This document shows positions 1-11,984 of a stretch of DNA of 64,000 nucleotides, piece by piece (positions within the stretch are counted from its first letter, which is position 1; every line of letters begins with the position of its first letter). The DNA is taken from NCBI RefSeq assembly GCF_009914755.1, contig NC_060944.1; one strand, 5' to 3'. A program made the translations under genes and the position numbers. A model generated the notes under the pieces. The model was not told the DNA's origin and searched no databases. It saw only the letters and a list, made by a program, of their open reading frames with translations. The DNA comes from the human T2T-CHM13v2.0 reference genome, Homo sapiens.

Positions 1-745
1 CTTGCTTCCAATCTCCAAGCTACCCTCGTTTATTCCTGAGCGTAAGCCAAACCAGCTTTGGGAGGAGCCTAATCTATAGTTTAACTTTGAAACAAAGATG
101 ATAACCGCCCTTCTCCCAAAAAAACCCCTTCTTGCCTTGGGACCAGACTGTCTTTAAGACTGCACATTGTGCACATGTACCCTAAAACTTAAAGTATAAT
201 AATAATAAAAATAAAAATAAAAAAGAAAAGAATACGATGAAAAAAAAAAGACTAACACATTAGTCACAAGATTAGAAATTATGGTTTAGGAGTCATGCAG
301 CTACAGGTCACAAGATTTCAAACCTTCTCCATTTCTCCTAGGGATAACATCACTGTTGTAAAACTGAAAATTGGTACTTGGGATATTTTTTTCAGACCCT
401 GCATTATGATGTACCAGCTGGCACCACCCAGACTGGTAATCTGGCTCAACCAGTTCTGTGATCCCACCCAGGTACAGAAGACAGCAAGAAGAACCTACTT
501 CCCCTGAAATTTCATCTCCAACCCAACAATCAGCACTCTCCACTCCCTAGCACCCTACCCAGCAAATTATCCTGAAAAAAATCCCAGTCTCCAAATTTTC
601 AGGGGGACTGCTTTGAGTAATAAAACTCCAGTCTCCCATTCAGCTGGCTCTGCCTGAATTACACTATTTTTCTATTGCAATTCCCCTGTCTTGATAAATT
701 GGTTGTATCTGGGCAGTAGCAAGGATAACTCATTGAGCAGTTACA
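1..745 (+). mobile_element. ERV1 solo LTR, LTR8/LTR8A-like (5' part outside window), interrupted by a tiny L1
   Basis: Matches recalled LTR8 blocks (cttgcttc..aatctccaagct, attagaaattatggtttaggagtcatgcagct, attgcaattcccctgtcttgat) and ends in ..gcagttaca. Confidence 0.75.
162..247 (+). mobile_element. Extremely 5'-truncated young L1PA 3' end with A-tail
   Basis: gcacattgtgcacatgtaccctaaaacttaaagtataataataa is the L1PA 3' terminus; flanked by aagact at 156-161 and 248-253. Confidence 0.8.
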
Positions 746-769
746 TGATAAGCATATAAAAATGTGCCT

Positions 770-1528
770 TATATCCTTAAGCATCAGAGAAATAAATATT
801 AAAACCAGGATGAAGTATATTTTACTGCTATTAGAATGGATAAAATTTTAAATGACTGAAAATACCAAATGCTAGTAAGGATATGAGTAAATGGACCTCT
901 TGTAATTGCTGACCACTTTGAAAAGCTATTTGACAGTTTCAGGCAAGTTAAACATAAACCTTATGACCCAGCGATTCTTTCCCTAGGAATTTACTCAAGA
1001 GAAATGAAAAAACATTTATACAAAGACTTGCATAAAAATGTTCACAGTAGTTTTATTCTCAATGGCTAAAAACTGGAAACAATCAAATGCAATCATTGGG
1101 AGAGTGTATAAACAATTATGGTGTCTGCATACAATGGAACACTATATAACAGTCAGAAGGAATTAGATAATTGATATACATAATAACATAGATGATTCTC
1201 AAAAACATTATGCTGATAAAAAGAAGCAAAGAAAAAAAAAGAGTAACTACTGTTCATTAATACTGTGTTTCATTGATTTCAGTTCTATGAAGTTCTAGGA
1301 TGAACAATTGGTAGCAGTAGAAATTAAAACAGCAGTTTGCTCCTGGGGTGAGAGGCAGATGACTAGAAATGGGCATGGGGAAAATGTTTGAGTTCATGGA
1401 AAGGTTCTAGATATTGATTGAGGTGTTGGCTACATAGCTTTATGCTTGTCACAACTTGTCCATTGCAGATGTAATTGTTTTATATTTTATTGTATGTAAA
1501 TTTTGTTTAAAAAATTAGAAAATAAAAA
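770..1528 (+). mobile_element. Old L1M (L1MC-ME type) ORF2 end / 3' UTR fragment
   Basis: tatgacccagcgattc..ctaggaatttactcaagagaaatgaaaa and aaaactggaaacaatcaaatg motifs. Confidence 0.7.
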
Positions 1529-2130
1529 CCAAGGAAGAAAGATTATGGCATGAAGAAAACATTAAACAAGGGGTTTTATCTTGCCTTTTGACCCCAAATT
1601 CCATACCCTAGAATTTATTCTAGAACAGAAAAAAAGACCCATGCACAAAATGATATTTATTGACTCACTAAATATTTATTGAGCACCTTATATGCCAGGA
1701 ACTTAGAGCCTAGGGGCATAATGGTAAGCTAAAAACACAACAAAAAGCAATAAACAAACAAACAGTAAGAAACATGATGTAGAGTTTAATGAGAAAGAAA
1801 GTCATTCATTATAAAGTCACCTAAATCAATACAGAATCACACCTGTGTTAGGGGCTGCAAAGAAGTGCATAATGATATGGCAGCATTGAGTTGAAAATGT
1901 TGATCTTGTCAGGAGGTTGGAAAGATCATCCATAAAGAAAAGATAATAGGGCTGGGATGTGAAAGGCAAATAGGGGTTTGAGGAGGAAGAGTGGAAAGAG
2001 TTTGGATGCATAGAGAGTAGCATATTAAAATGTCCTGGCACCAGTTTGGGTCTTCTGAGAAGGAAAAGCCAAGATGAGACTCAACATGTGAGGGACCTAT
2101 TTGGAGAAAACACCTGTGAAGGCAGGGGAC

Positions 2131-2953
2131 GTATTAATTGGGATTCCCCAGAGAAACAAAACCAATAGGATATATATTTACATGTTTATATTTACAGTAA
2201 GGAATTGGCTCATATGTTTAAAGACAATGACAGGTCCCAAGCTCTGCAGTTGGCAAGCTGGAGACCCAGGAGAGCTGACAGTGTAGCTCCAGCAGGTTTG
2301 CAAACCAGGAAGAGTCTGAAGGCAGGAAAAAACAAACAGAAAACGAACAAACAAAAACAATGTCCCAGCTCAGCAGGCAGGCAGAAGTTCCCTCTCACTC
2401 AGCCTTTTTGTTCCATTCAGGCCTTCCACTAACTGGATGAGGCCCACCCATATTAAGGAAGGCAATCAACACTATTCAAGTGTTAATCTCATTCAGAGAC
2501 ACCATCACTGATATGGTTTGGCTGTGTTCCCACCCAAATCTCAACTTGAATTGTATCTCCCAGAATTCCCACGTATTGTGGGAGGGACCCAGGGGGAGGT
2601 AATTGAATCACGGGGGCTGGTCATTCCCATGCTATTCTTGTGATAGTGAATAAGTCTCATGAGATCTGATGGGTTTATCAGGGGTTTCCGCTCTTTTGCC
2701 TCTTCCCCATTTTTCTCTTGCCGCTGCCATGTAAGAAGTGTCTTTCACCTCCTGCCATGATTCTGAGGCCTCTTCAGCCATGTGGAACTGTAAAGTCCAA
2801 TTAAACCTTTTTTTGTTCCCAGTTTTGGGTATGTCTTTATCAGCAGTGTGAAAACGAACTAATGCAATCACAGACACACTCAAAATGATGTTCAAGCAAA
2901 TATCTGGGCACCTTGAGGCCCAGTCAAGTTGACACATAAAATTAATCATTGCA
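2131..2953 (-). mobile_element. MLT2 (ERVL) LTR split by THE1A
   Basis: ccagagaaacaaaaccaatagg, ggcaagctggagacccagg, and the terminal cagtcaagttgacacataaaattaatcattgca. Confidence 0.75.
2509..2866 (+). mobile_element. THE1A solo LTR (MaLR), full length
   Basis: tgatatggtttggctgtg...aaaacgaactaatgca; 5-bp TSD atcac at 2504-2508 and 2867-2871. Confidence 0.9.
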
Positions 2954-4029
2954 GGGAGCAAGTAGGAGTAGACTGGGGAAGGCTTTAGACCAAGACACTG
3001 ATCTGATCTGTGAAGGGAGAGAGGGAAGGAAGGAATGGGTAGGAAGAGCTTCAGACCTCAACAGAGAGCCAAGAAATTCTCAGGCCAAAGGAAATCCCTG
3101 AGTCAAAGTTGTTCGTTAGACAGGGTCTGAATTGAGCAGAAATTGGTGATTTTGGTAATCCTGCCGTACTCTATCTTAGGCTGAGAGCAGCCTAGTCAAA
3201 GTGTTGACTGACGTGAACAAGCACAGTGGACCCAAAGATGTGGCAGCTGGAGGATGTTACCAAAGATTCTCCTAAAGGAAACTACATGGCTATCACAGTC
3301 TTATTGTGATAAAGGGCAATGTTGACTATGAAGAATTATGGAAAGGTCACATGGAGAAAGGAAAGAGCAGAGCTGAGAAGAGAGAGATGTCCTAGAAGGA
3401 CCAGGGAGAAGTCTTGTGTTTCATGCTATGAATATACATCTGAGGCAATGATATGTTTTAAACAGTGTTGGGAAGTAATTAGGGTTATTGTTTGAAAAGA
3501 TCACTGGCAGAACCATGGAGAATGAACTGAAGATACGTCATATTAGTAAAGAGAAAGTAAATTGTTCTTCCAGCCAAGAGATGGTAGTATCACGGTCTAG
3601 GGAAGTAGAAATATGTAGAATTGGAAGTGTCTAAAGAGTATTTGAGGAATAAAAGTAAACAAGAGTTGATGATAGATTTTGTGATGATTGAAAAATAGGC
3701 AAGTATATGAGATGCTCCTAGGTTTTCTGGATTGTAGAGGTGGATAGAAGCTAGTAGCAGTTATGAATTTAGATGAGGCTGGCATCATTGGCTAGCTACC
3801 TAAAAATCATCCTTGATGTCAGTAAGATGTCATGAAGAAAATGCAATTTTTCTTAATGTTCGCAATGTCATTAATCTTTTTTTTCATTGTAGAGGCTAAA
3901 CACAGCAAAATAGTTATTTCTCCATCTTCTGTTGTAGTCACGAGGCTACAAAGTATGTAAGGGGTATGTGTTAGAGGGCTTCTGGGGACATGTGTATTTT
4001 CAGCTAAAAGAAGAGATGCAAACTCTAAA

Positions 4030-6225
4030 ATGACAAAACAAATATTTACTGCTGATAAACCAACTAAGGAAATAAAAATGAATAATAAAAAATTAAAGTA
4101 ATGTTTAAAAAGGAAGACAAAGGGAAAGTGAGAAAGAGGAATAGATGGAACAAGTAGAACACAAATAGCAAGATTTGTTCTTGCTATTTGTTTAACTATA
4201 AATTAAACATATCAATAATTACATTAAATTATAGTGGTCTAAGTATCTCAAAAGAAATAGTCAAGATAGCATAAAAATGGAAGCCCCAACTATATGATAC
4301 CTACAAAAATCAACCACAAAACCATTTTAAATGAAAAGATACAAATACATGAAAAACATATGAACAAGGATATACAGGCCAACCCTAGATAAAGGAAGAT
4401 GAGGTGACTATGTTAATATTCAACAAAGATTTCAGAGCACAGACTATTAGCAGAAATAGTAATAAAGAAGACATACAATTCTAAATGTTTATGCACCTCA
4501 TAACAGCATTTCAAAACGCATGAAGCAAAAAATAACAAGAAGAAATAGACAATTGCACACTTAGAATCAGCAAGTCCAACAGGCCTCTATCAGTAATTGA
4601 CAGAACAAGTAGATAGAAAATCATCAACTTGACCTAACTGATATTTATAGAACCCTGCCCCCAATTACAGTAGAATATACATTTCTTTCAAACCCATACA
4701 GAATACTTACCAGAGTGATCATATTCTGGATCATAAGAAAGTCTCAATAAGGAACTCAAATATACAAAATATCTTCTTTGACAATGATGAAATTAAATGA
4801 ATCAATAACAGAAAGGTATGTGGAAAATCCTCAAACCAAATAATACACTTTTAGTAACTTACAGGTCAAAGAAGAATTCAAAATAAAAAACAGAAAATAT
4901 TTTGAACTTCATATATGGAAATACAATATATTAAAATTTGTTGGATACCACTAAAGCAGTAATTAGTGGAAATTTTTTAGCACTATGTGGCAGTATTAGC
5001 AGAGAAGAAAAGTCTCCAATGACCTCAGCTTCTATGCTAAGAAGCTACAAAAAGAGAGCAAATCATACAAAAAGCAAGCAGAAGAAAGGAAAAAAAAAAA
5101 TCAGAGTGAAAATCACCAAAATAGGAAAAAGAAAACCAATAGAGTAAATCTATGAAACCAAAAGATGGTTCTTGGGGAATATGAAATTGATAAACCTCTA
5201 GGCAGGTAGCACATGGAAAAAAGAGAGAAGAACCAAATTACCAGTGTCAATGAGATGGCCGCCATCATTCTACATATATAAAAGGATAATAAGATAGTAT
5301 TTAGAACAATTTATGCCAATACATTAGTTCTAAACACAATTTGAAGATGTGCCTCCATTTTATGCACTAGTAGGAAAAAAACCCACTAACTTAACGTTTT
5401 CATATCAATGAGCAATTACACTTTTTGAACAAGCTTCATTGAGGTATAATTGACATACACCAATCTGCACATACATAAAGTGTATTTTTTATTTTGAGTT
5501 CTTCTTTGACCCATAAGTTACTAAAAGTATATTATTTGGCTTGAGGATTTTCCACATATCTTTCTGCTACTGATTCATTTAATTTCATCATTGAGATGTC
5601 ACGGGTGCATCTCGAAATAATGGACAAGTGCCTTGAAAGACAGCAACTACCATATGATTCAGTCATTCCACACTGAGGTATTTGCCCATGAGAAGAGAAA
5701 GCTTGCATCTGTACAAACACTAGTACATGAATGCTCACAGCAGCTTTATTTACAATAGCCTAAAATTGGAAACAACCTAAAAGGTCATTAGTAGGCAAAA
5801 GGATGAACAAATTGTGGTATATTTGTAAAACAGAATACTACCCAACAACAACAAAAATGAGCTATTTGGTACACTTACAATATGGATGCATCTCAAAATA
5901 ATGCTGATTGAAAGGAGACAGATAAAACAGAATATGTAAGTATAATTCTGTTTCTATAGCAATCTAAAATATGCAAAAATGATTTATAGTGACAGAAAGC
6001 AGATTGGTGGTTGCTTAGGGACTGGAATCTGGTGAGATGGAGAAAGAGACTAAAAAGGGGCATGAGAAAACTTTGGAAAGTGAGGGATATGTTCATTATC
6101 TTGATTATGGTGGTGATTTCACAGGTATATATATATATGGGCCAAAACTTATAAAATTTTACACTTTATGTATGTGCGGATTGTTGTATGTCAATTATAT
6201 CTCAGTGAAGTTTGTTCAAAAAGTA
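4030..6225 (+). mobile_element. Old L1M: degraded ORF2 5' part joined to the 3' end, internally deleted and containing a templated insertion
   Basis: Endonuclease-region motifs (caataattacattaaat, ttgacctaactgatatttatagaac) and 3' motifs (gcagctttatttacaatagcc, tgtcaattatatctca). Confidence 0.75.
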
Positions 6226-6337
6226 TAATTGCTCATTGATATGAAAAAGTAAGTTAGTAGTATTTTTTTTCTTACTAGTGCATAAAATGGAGGTGCATCT
6301 TAAAATTGATGGCATCTTAGATTTTATAAAAGGCGGC
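6226..6337. mobile_element. Tc2-like (MER104/Kanga) DNA transposon end
   Basis: gtgcatcttaaaattgatggcatcttagattttataaaaggcgg resembles the recalled MER104/Kanga terminus. Confidence 0.4.
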
Positions 6338-6949
6338 AATAAATGCCTTTGATCTGAGATTCTGGTGCCTGAGCTTTATGCTATTTTCCAGCTAAAAACA
6401 TACTAAGTGATATAATTGGCAATACTGGATGGGGAATCAGGTTGGGAGGATCGTGAATTTGTTTTTAGGCCTGTTAAGATCAGGGCATTTTGGTTAGGGC
6501 TGCTGTTGCCCCTCAGTAGCTTCCTAACTGGTCACTACATCTTCTTCTTAGGTTCTCTCACATCCATTCCCCACGCAGCAGTATTTCTTCCTTTGCAATA
6601 GACTCCCAAACATGGCTGCATTGCATAAAGCCCACATTTTGCCACCTCTCTGAAGATGAGGTCATGTGACTAAGTTCTGGCCAATGAGATAAGAGTGGAA
6701 TTCACATGTTTAGCTAATTATAGTCACCACTCTAAGAAAGGAGTCCCTAAAATTGCAAATGGGTCTGTCGCATTACATTTTAAATGTGTCTGGCTTTTTA
6801 CCAGCCTATAATTCATCGACACAGAAACTAAGTTTTCAAAATAAAAACATTCCAGACACAATTACATGGTATTTTATAAGTGAAGTTAAAATGCTTATTC
6901 TGGAGATGGCAATGTTGCTGAATGCTAATCCCCAAACTGAAGCAGTCTT

Positions 6950-7270
6950 CTTCTGTCTTTGGACAAGCCATTTAGTCTTTCTGCATCAGGTCCCTGAGCT
7001 GTGAAATGTGGATAATATTACAGGGCTTGAGGGTGCTGTGAGGATTAATTAACATTGGCAGAGCACTTTGAACATAAGACTTTGCCCTCTTCACACATTT
7101 TATCCAGGGACCTCAACAGACTGTACCAATAAGGGTGGTCCCATTTATCTCTGTTTTCCAGATCAGGTTATGAAGCAGGGAGAAATTAATGGCTTGCCCA
7201 AAGTCATTCGGTGAACCAGGAGAACAGCCCTGAGGAGTCCTCTGGAATATTGACTTCTAATCTTCCTGCA
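6950..7270. mobile_element. Two MIR fragments in opposite orientations
   Basis: ttggacaagccattt..ctgtgaaatgtggataat..gtgaggatta, then ttttccagat..ggcttgcccaaagtca. Confidence 0.55.
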
Positions 7271-7899
7271 ACAACCATTAGATGCATGCTTCGTTTTGAA
7301 AAAGGGTCTTAGAAATACCAAATACCCGTGTTATCTAGTTACTTCTCTCTGGTCTTTTTCTTGTGTGTTAGCCTAGATTTTTTTTTGGATCCATTTTGCA
7401 GTGACCTGCAGAGAGGAGGGCTCTTCTCACCAGAAAAGAAACTCAGAAAATATCTGGGAGAGTTTAATGATCAGAAGAGTCTTTATGGTTATCCCCATCA
7501 AGTTCACTGGAGGCATATGTTTGTTTTTGTGTCCTTAGTCATAAAACTTAAGATGTGAGACCCACTTGTGCAGAAAGAAACAGTCATTCTGGTTCTTAAC
7601 AATTTCATTTGGAACTTATTTTTAAAAAATCACACAGGAGAAAATGAAAATCTCCACTACTTCTACCAATAATTAATAACTGCTGCTAATATTTGATGTA
7701 GAGATATTCAGATTTTTTGGTCATAAAAAGCACATTATTTAAAAATGGGACCATACTGTATAGATAATTTATAACGTAGGGATCTTGCTATTCTCCCAGT
7801 TCCAGCCACCCTGACCTTGCTCTACCATACGCTATTCCATTGTTTATGGCATCCCAACACCCTCTCTACCTTTGCCTAGACAACAGCACCTCTTCCTTC

Positions 7900-8178
7900 T
7901 CAGCTCAGCTCCCTAACTGCTCCATCCCTCACCTTCCAAAGGGGTCAGGTCCTGTCTTCTTGTTCTGCCCTTGCATAATATCCTGTAATTTTCCTTCGTG
8001 CATAATTTTACACTTAACAGACTATTCTTATAATATCTCTCACTCCCAGTGGACAGCCAGCTCCATGAGGGCGGAGAGTCTGGTCTCCTTCTCTCTACTC
8101 TATTGACACCTAGGTACTTAGCATGCCTGGCTCAAATTGTAGCTCAAATAATATCTGCTGAGTGAACAAATAAGTGAA
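7900..8178 (+). mobile_element. L2 3' end
   Basis: agctccatgagggcggag..gcatgcctggc..gctcaaataatatctgctgagtgaa. Confidence 0.6.
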
Positions 8179-8889
8179 ATTTTTCCCACTCATTTTAGTG
8201 GCCATGATTTGGATTTGTAACAGAATGGTAAATGTGACTCTTCCTGTTGATTTCATTTTAGTAGAAGCCTTAAAGGCCCAGGGGGCAAAAACATTTAGAA
8301 AACACTCTAAAGCAAGGTGCTGGACCATCTGTGCAGAAATTGCCAAAAATAGTAGTTCAAAACTGTTTTGTCTGCATAAGTTGATCCTGCACCTCCAGCC
8401 TAAATAAGACATTGTGGGTAAAGAGATTAAAGAGGAAGATTTCTTGGCAGAGAGCTGGTCTTCTCTTTCCCACAGGGACAGACAGGGGAGCTTGCCCTTT
8501 ACCTTAAAGGAATGGAGCCGCTTTCAAGAGAATCACTCAGAAGGCCAGATGTGCATCTCCTCATGTGCTGAGGACACAGGGACAAGTGCCAGACCCATCC
8601 GCTAGGAGTCTAAATGTGGAGGCTGTGGGTTGGCTAGTTGCCCTGACTATGGCAGAGCAAAGAGCCTTAGAATAGAGCTGACAGTCCATGTACAATGGCA
8701 ACAATGAGTGAGATTTTCCTCTGGCTGGTTAAACATACAGAGGGAACAACTAGAGGTTATCATAGAATAGATGCCACCAAGAGGACCACCCAGAAGTGCA
8801 AACGGAACTCAGCATCCATCTGGGGCACTGGGATCTTGGAGGTGGAGGAGGTAAAAGAGTAGCCAGACTGACAAAAGAATTGCAGATGG

Positions 8890-9193
<304 letters not shown>

Positions 9194-9579
9194 AAAAGAA
9201 TTGCAGATGGACCTTCTCTAATGGATTCACAAAATCTCCATGACAGAAAGAGCAAAATTTTTATTCATTCACCTGCTACCTATAGGGCATCAACTCCAAG
9301 GCAAAACTGAGAACAAACAAAACTTTCCCATTTGTTTATCATGAACAACATTGCAGTGGACATTCTTAGAACTAAATATTTGTGCCTTTGGAAACATGTC
9401 TGGAAATGGTATTGTTGAAGACCAAGGATAGGCAATTATTAAAGTTTTTAGTTTTTTAAAAATAAATATTACTTTTGCTCCAAAACGGGTATATCAATGG
9501 ATATAAATTCACATTCTCATCAGCAGTTTTATTTGTCTTTTTGTAAAGATATTCAGGTAATGACTTTTAGATGTAGGTT

Positions 9580-10144
9580 TTTATATGATCTCACCATTTC
9601 CAGTCCAATCCCTTCTAATTCATTTCTATTCATCAGACAGGCTAATATTTTTAAAAATATAAATCAGATGCCACTTCCTGATTTCATTCTTTTAAATAAA
9701 ATGCAATCTCCTTGCTGTGGCCTGCAAGGACCAGAACTGCGTTGCCCCTTCCTCCCTGGTTCTAGGACTACATTTCCCAGCACTCCCTCCCTCCCTGAGC
9801 TTAAGCCATGCTGTCCTTCCCACAGCCCCTTGAACTCGCCAAGCTTTTTCCTGCAAGCTGGCCTGAACCCTTCAAGCACCCTTCTCTCTAGCTGGAATGC
9901 ACTTCCCCTGACATTTTCCATAGCTTCTTCTTATCTTTCCTCTCTTAACTTATATATCACCTCCTCAGAGAAGTCTTCCCTGGCCCTCTCTTATCTGAAG
10001 TAGAATTCTTTCTTACTCCTTACATAGCACACTGCTGACTCCTTTTCACCACCATGTATAGCTATTTACATTGTTTATTTTCTTGTTTATTTTTTCTCTC
10101 TCCTACCGAGACATAAGCTCCATGGGGACTGGAACCTTTTTTAT

Positions 10145-10178
<34 letters not shown>

Positions 10179-10270
10179 ATGTTTGCGTGTGCCAAAGTTT
10201 ATTGTGGACAATCTTTGCTCATAGCAGATGCTCAATAAGTATTTGTTGAATGCAGAAAGGAAGGAATGAA
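9580..10270 (+). mobile_element. L2 3' portion
   Basis: cacctcctcagagaagtcttccct, taagctccatgggg, gctcaataagtatttgttgaatg. Confidence 0.7.
10150..10177. repeat. (TG)n microsatellite
   Basis: About 14 uninterrupted TG units. Confidence 0.95.
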
Positions 10271-10971
10271 GCAATGAGGAACTGAAGCAGAACTGTTCCC
10301 AAGCTCTCCTACCTGATTTGATGTCATCTTCCAAGTCATTCTTCTTTAGCTGGCTAAGGACTGGTAGAGGGGAGAGCTGGCTGTAGAACAAACAACCTCC
10401 CTTGTTAGTGATAGCCAAGTCATTTTCATGAGCACCGTCTCACCTTTCCAGAGGAAAGGCTGCATATGTTTCTGTGACACTCCCACTGAAAGCAGCAGGC
10501 AGCAGGGCCAAAGCTCAAGTTATTTTTGGTAAGGGTATTGGAGAAGTGCCATTCCAGCTTCAGCTTTGGTGCTTTGTGGTACTTGATGAAAACACAGCCT
10601 CCTTTGGTGAAGCTTGGGAGCCCATTACCTGCTCTAGAGAAGTGTAGAAGCCTCTGGATTTTTGTACATAATTTCTTGCCCTCAATAGCTAAAGAAGAAT
10701 AATGACAATGATAAGGATGATAATGGGCTGAATGAAATTCAGAGAGCGGGGCAAAAGTTGTCCATATGTTTAAGCTGGAGTGGATTTCTGTTTTGAATGT
10801 GGTAGACAATGACTCTTGGATTAATTTCTGGCTCTGCAATGCTATGGTTAGAAGGTTCTATTTGAATGCATTATAAGTTTTGTATCCTATCAACAAGATG
10901 ACCACATAAGAAAAGAGTACCACTATGTGTATTGTCTTTTAAACTCACGTTCATTTCATTTTAATTAACAC

Positions 10972-11257
10972 TTTTTTTTTTTTTTGAGACAGAGTCTCGC
11001 TCTGTCGCCCAGGCTGGAGTGCAGTGGCGCTATCTCGGCTCACTGCAAGCTCTGCCTCCCAGGTTCACGCCATTTTCCTCCTCAGCCTCCTGAATAGCTG
11101 GGACTACAGGCGCCCAGCACCACGCCCGCTAATTTTTTGCATTTTTAGTAGAGATGGGATTTCACCGTGTTAGCCAGGATGGTGTCGATCTCCTAGTGAT
11201 CGCCCGCCTAGGCCTCCCAAAGCGCTGGGATTACAGGCGTGAGCCACCGCGCCGGCC
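10972..11257 (-). mobile_element. AluY-like, no visible TSD
   Basis: gcaagctc, ttcacgccatt, gtgttagccaggatgg diagnostics. Confidence 0.9.
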
Positions 11258-11395
11258 TAGTGCAAGACTTAAGGAAGCACTCACTCTCAGGGTCATGCCA
11301 ATGAAGGCTCAGCACTCACGAAGCCCTGACAGCAAGTGCCTCCTTAAATTTTATGCCCTAGGTGCCTCACCCCCACTACCCTAGTCCCAGCCCTG
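11258..11395. mobile_element. MER96-like palindromic hAT MITE, left end missing
   Basis: ttaaggaagcactcactctcaggg...gtgcctccttaaattttatgccctagg...ccctagtcccagccctg. Confidence 0.7.
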
Positions 11396-11984
11396 GGGAG
11401 TGTGCTCTCTACAAGCCAAATAAGATAGGCTCCAATAAATAAAACAGAACGTAAAATGGCTCATGCCACTTGAAAGTCCAAGAGGTAGTTCTAGCTTCAG
11501 GCATGGTTCTATCTCTAGATCTGTCTCTGGTTCTTCTTTCTTCACTTTATTCTCAGCCAGTCTCTCATTTTGGAGGCAAGATGGTCAGGGCTAGCTGAAA
11601 GCTGTTAGGAGTAGGGCCCTCATGTTTTCATCTGTTTACTGTAGGGAAGACTTTGATTGGCTCTTCTAGGTCACATGCTCATCCCTGTGCCAATGCCAGG
11701 TGAGGCACGCAGAATGCCCAGCCTTGATCAGCTGTCCAGCCTGTGGTGAGAGTGACTGGGGCTGCACTCAGCACTCACGCCACGAGAATCACTCATTGTT
11801 GGGACTGGTGTAGCAATTCCCAAACAACAGAGGTGGATCAGTTGGCTGCGGTTGCTTTTACTTCTGTTGGTCCATAGCGTTATGGAAATGCCACAGAAAA
11901 TTTTGGAATTTTCTCAAGTCATCTGAGCCTTACACATGTATCTGTACCCAATTTAGTTGCGATTCTTTGGGCTTCAAGTCACAG

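Larger units (their letters stand above)
2040..3280 (-). mobile_element. LTR16-like ERVL LTR split by MLT2
   Basis: Weak similarity at 2040-2130 and 2955-3280 to recalled LTR16-type sequence. Confidence 0.35.
1660..3780 (-). mobile_element. L2 fragments hosting nested LTRs
   Basis: aaatatttattgagcacct..tatgccagg L2 tail at ~1670; L2-like purine-rich sequence resumes ~3300-3780. Confidence 0.5.
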
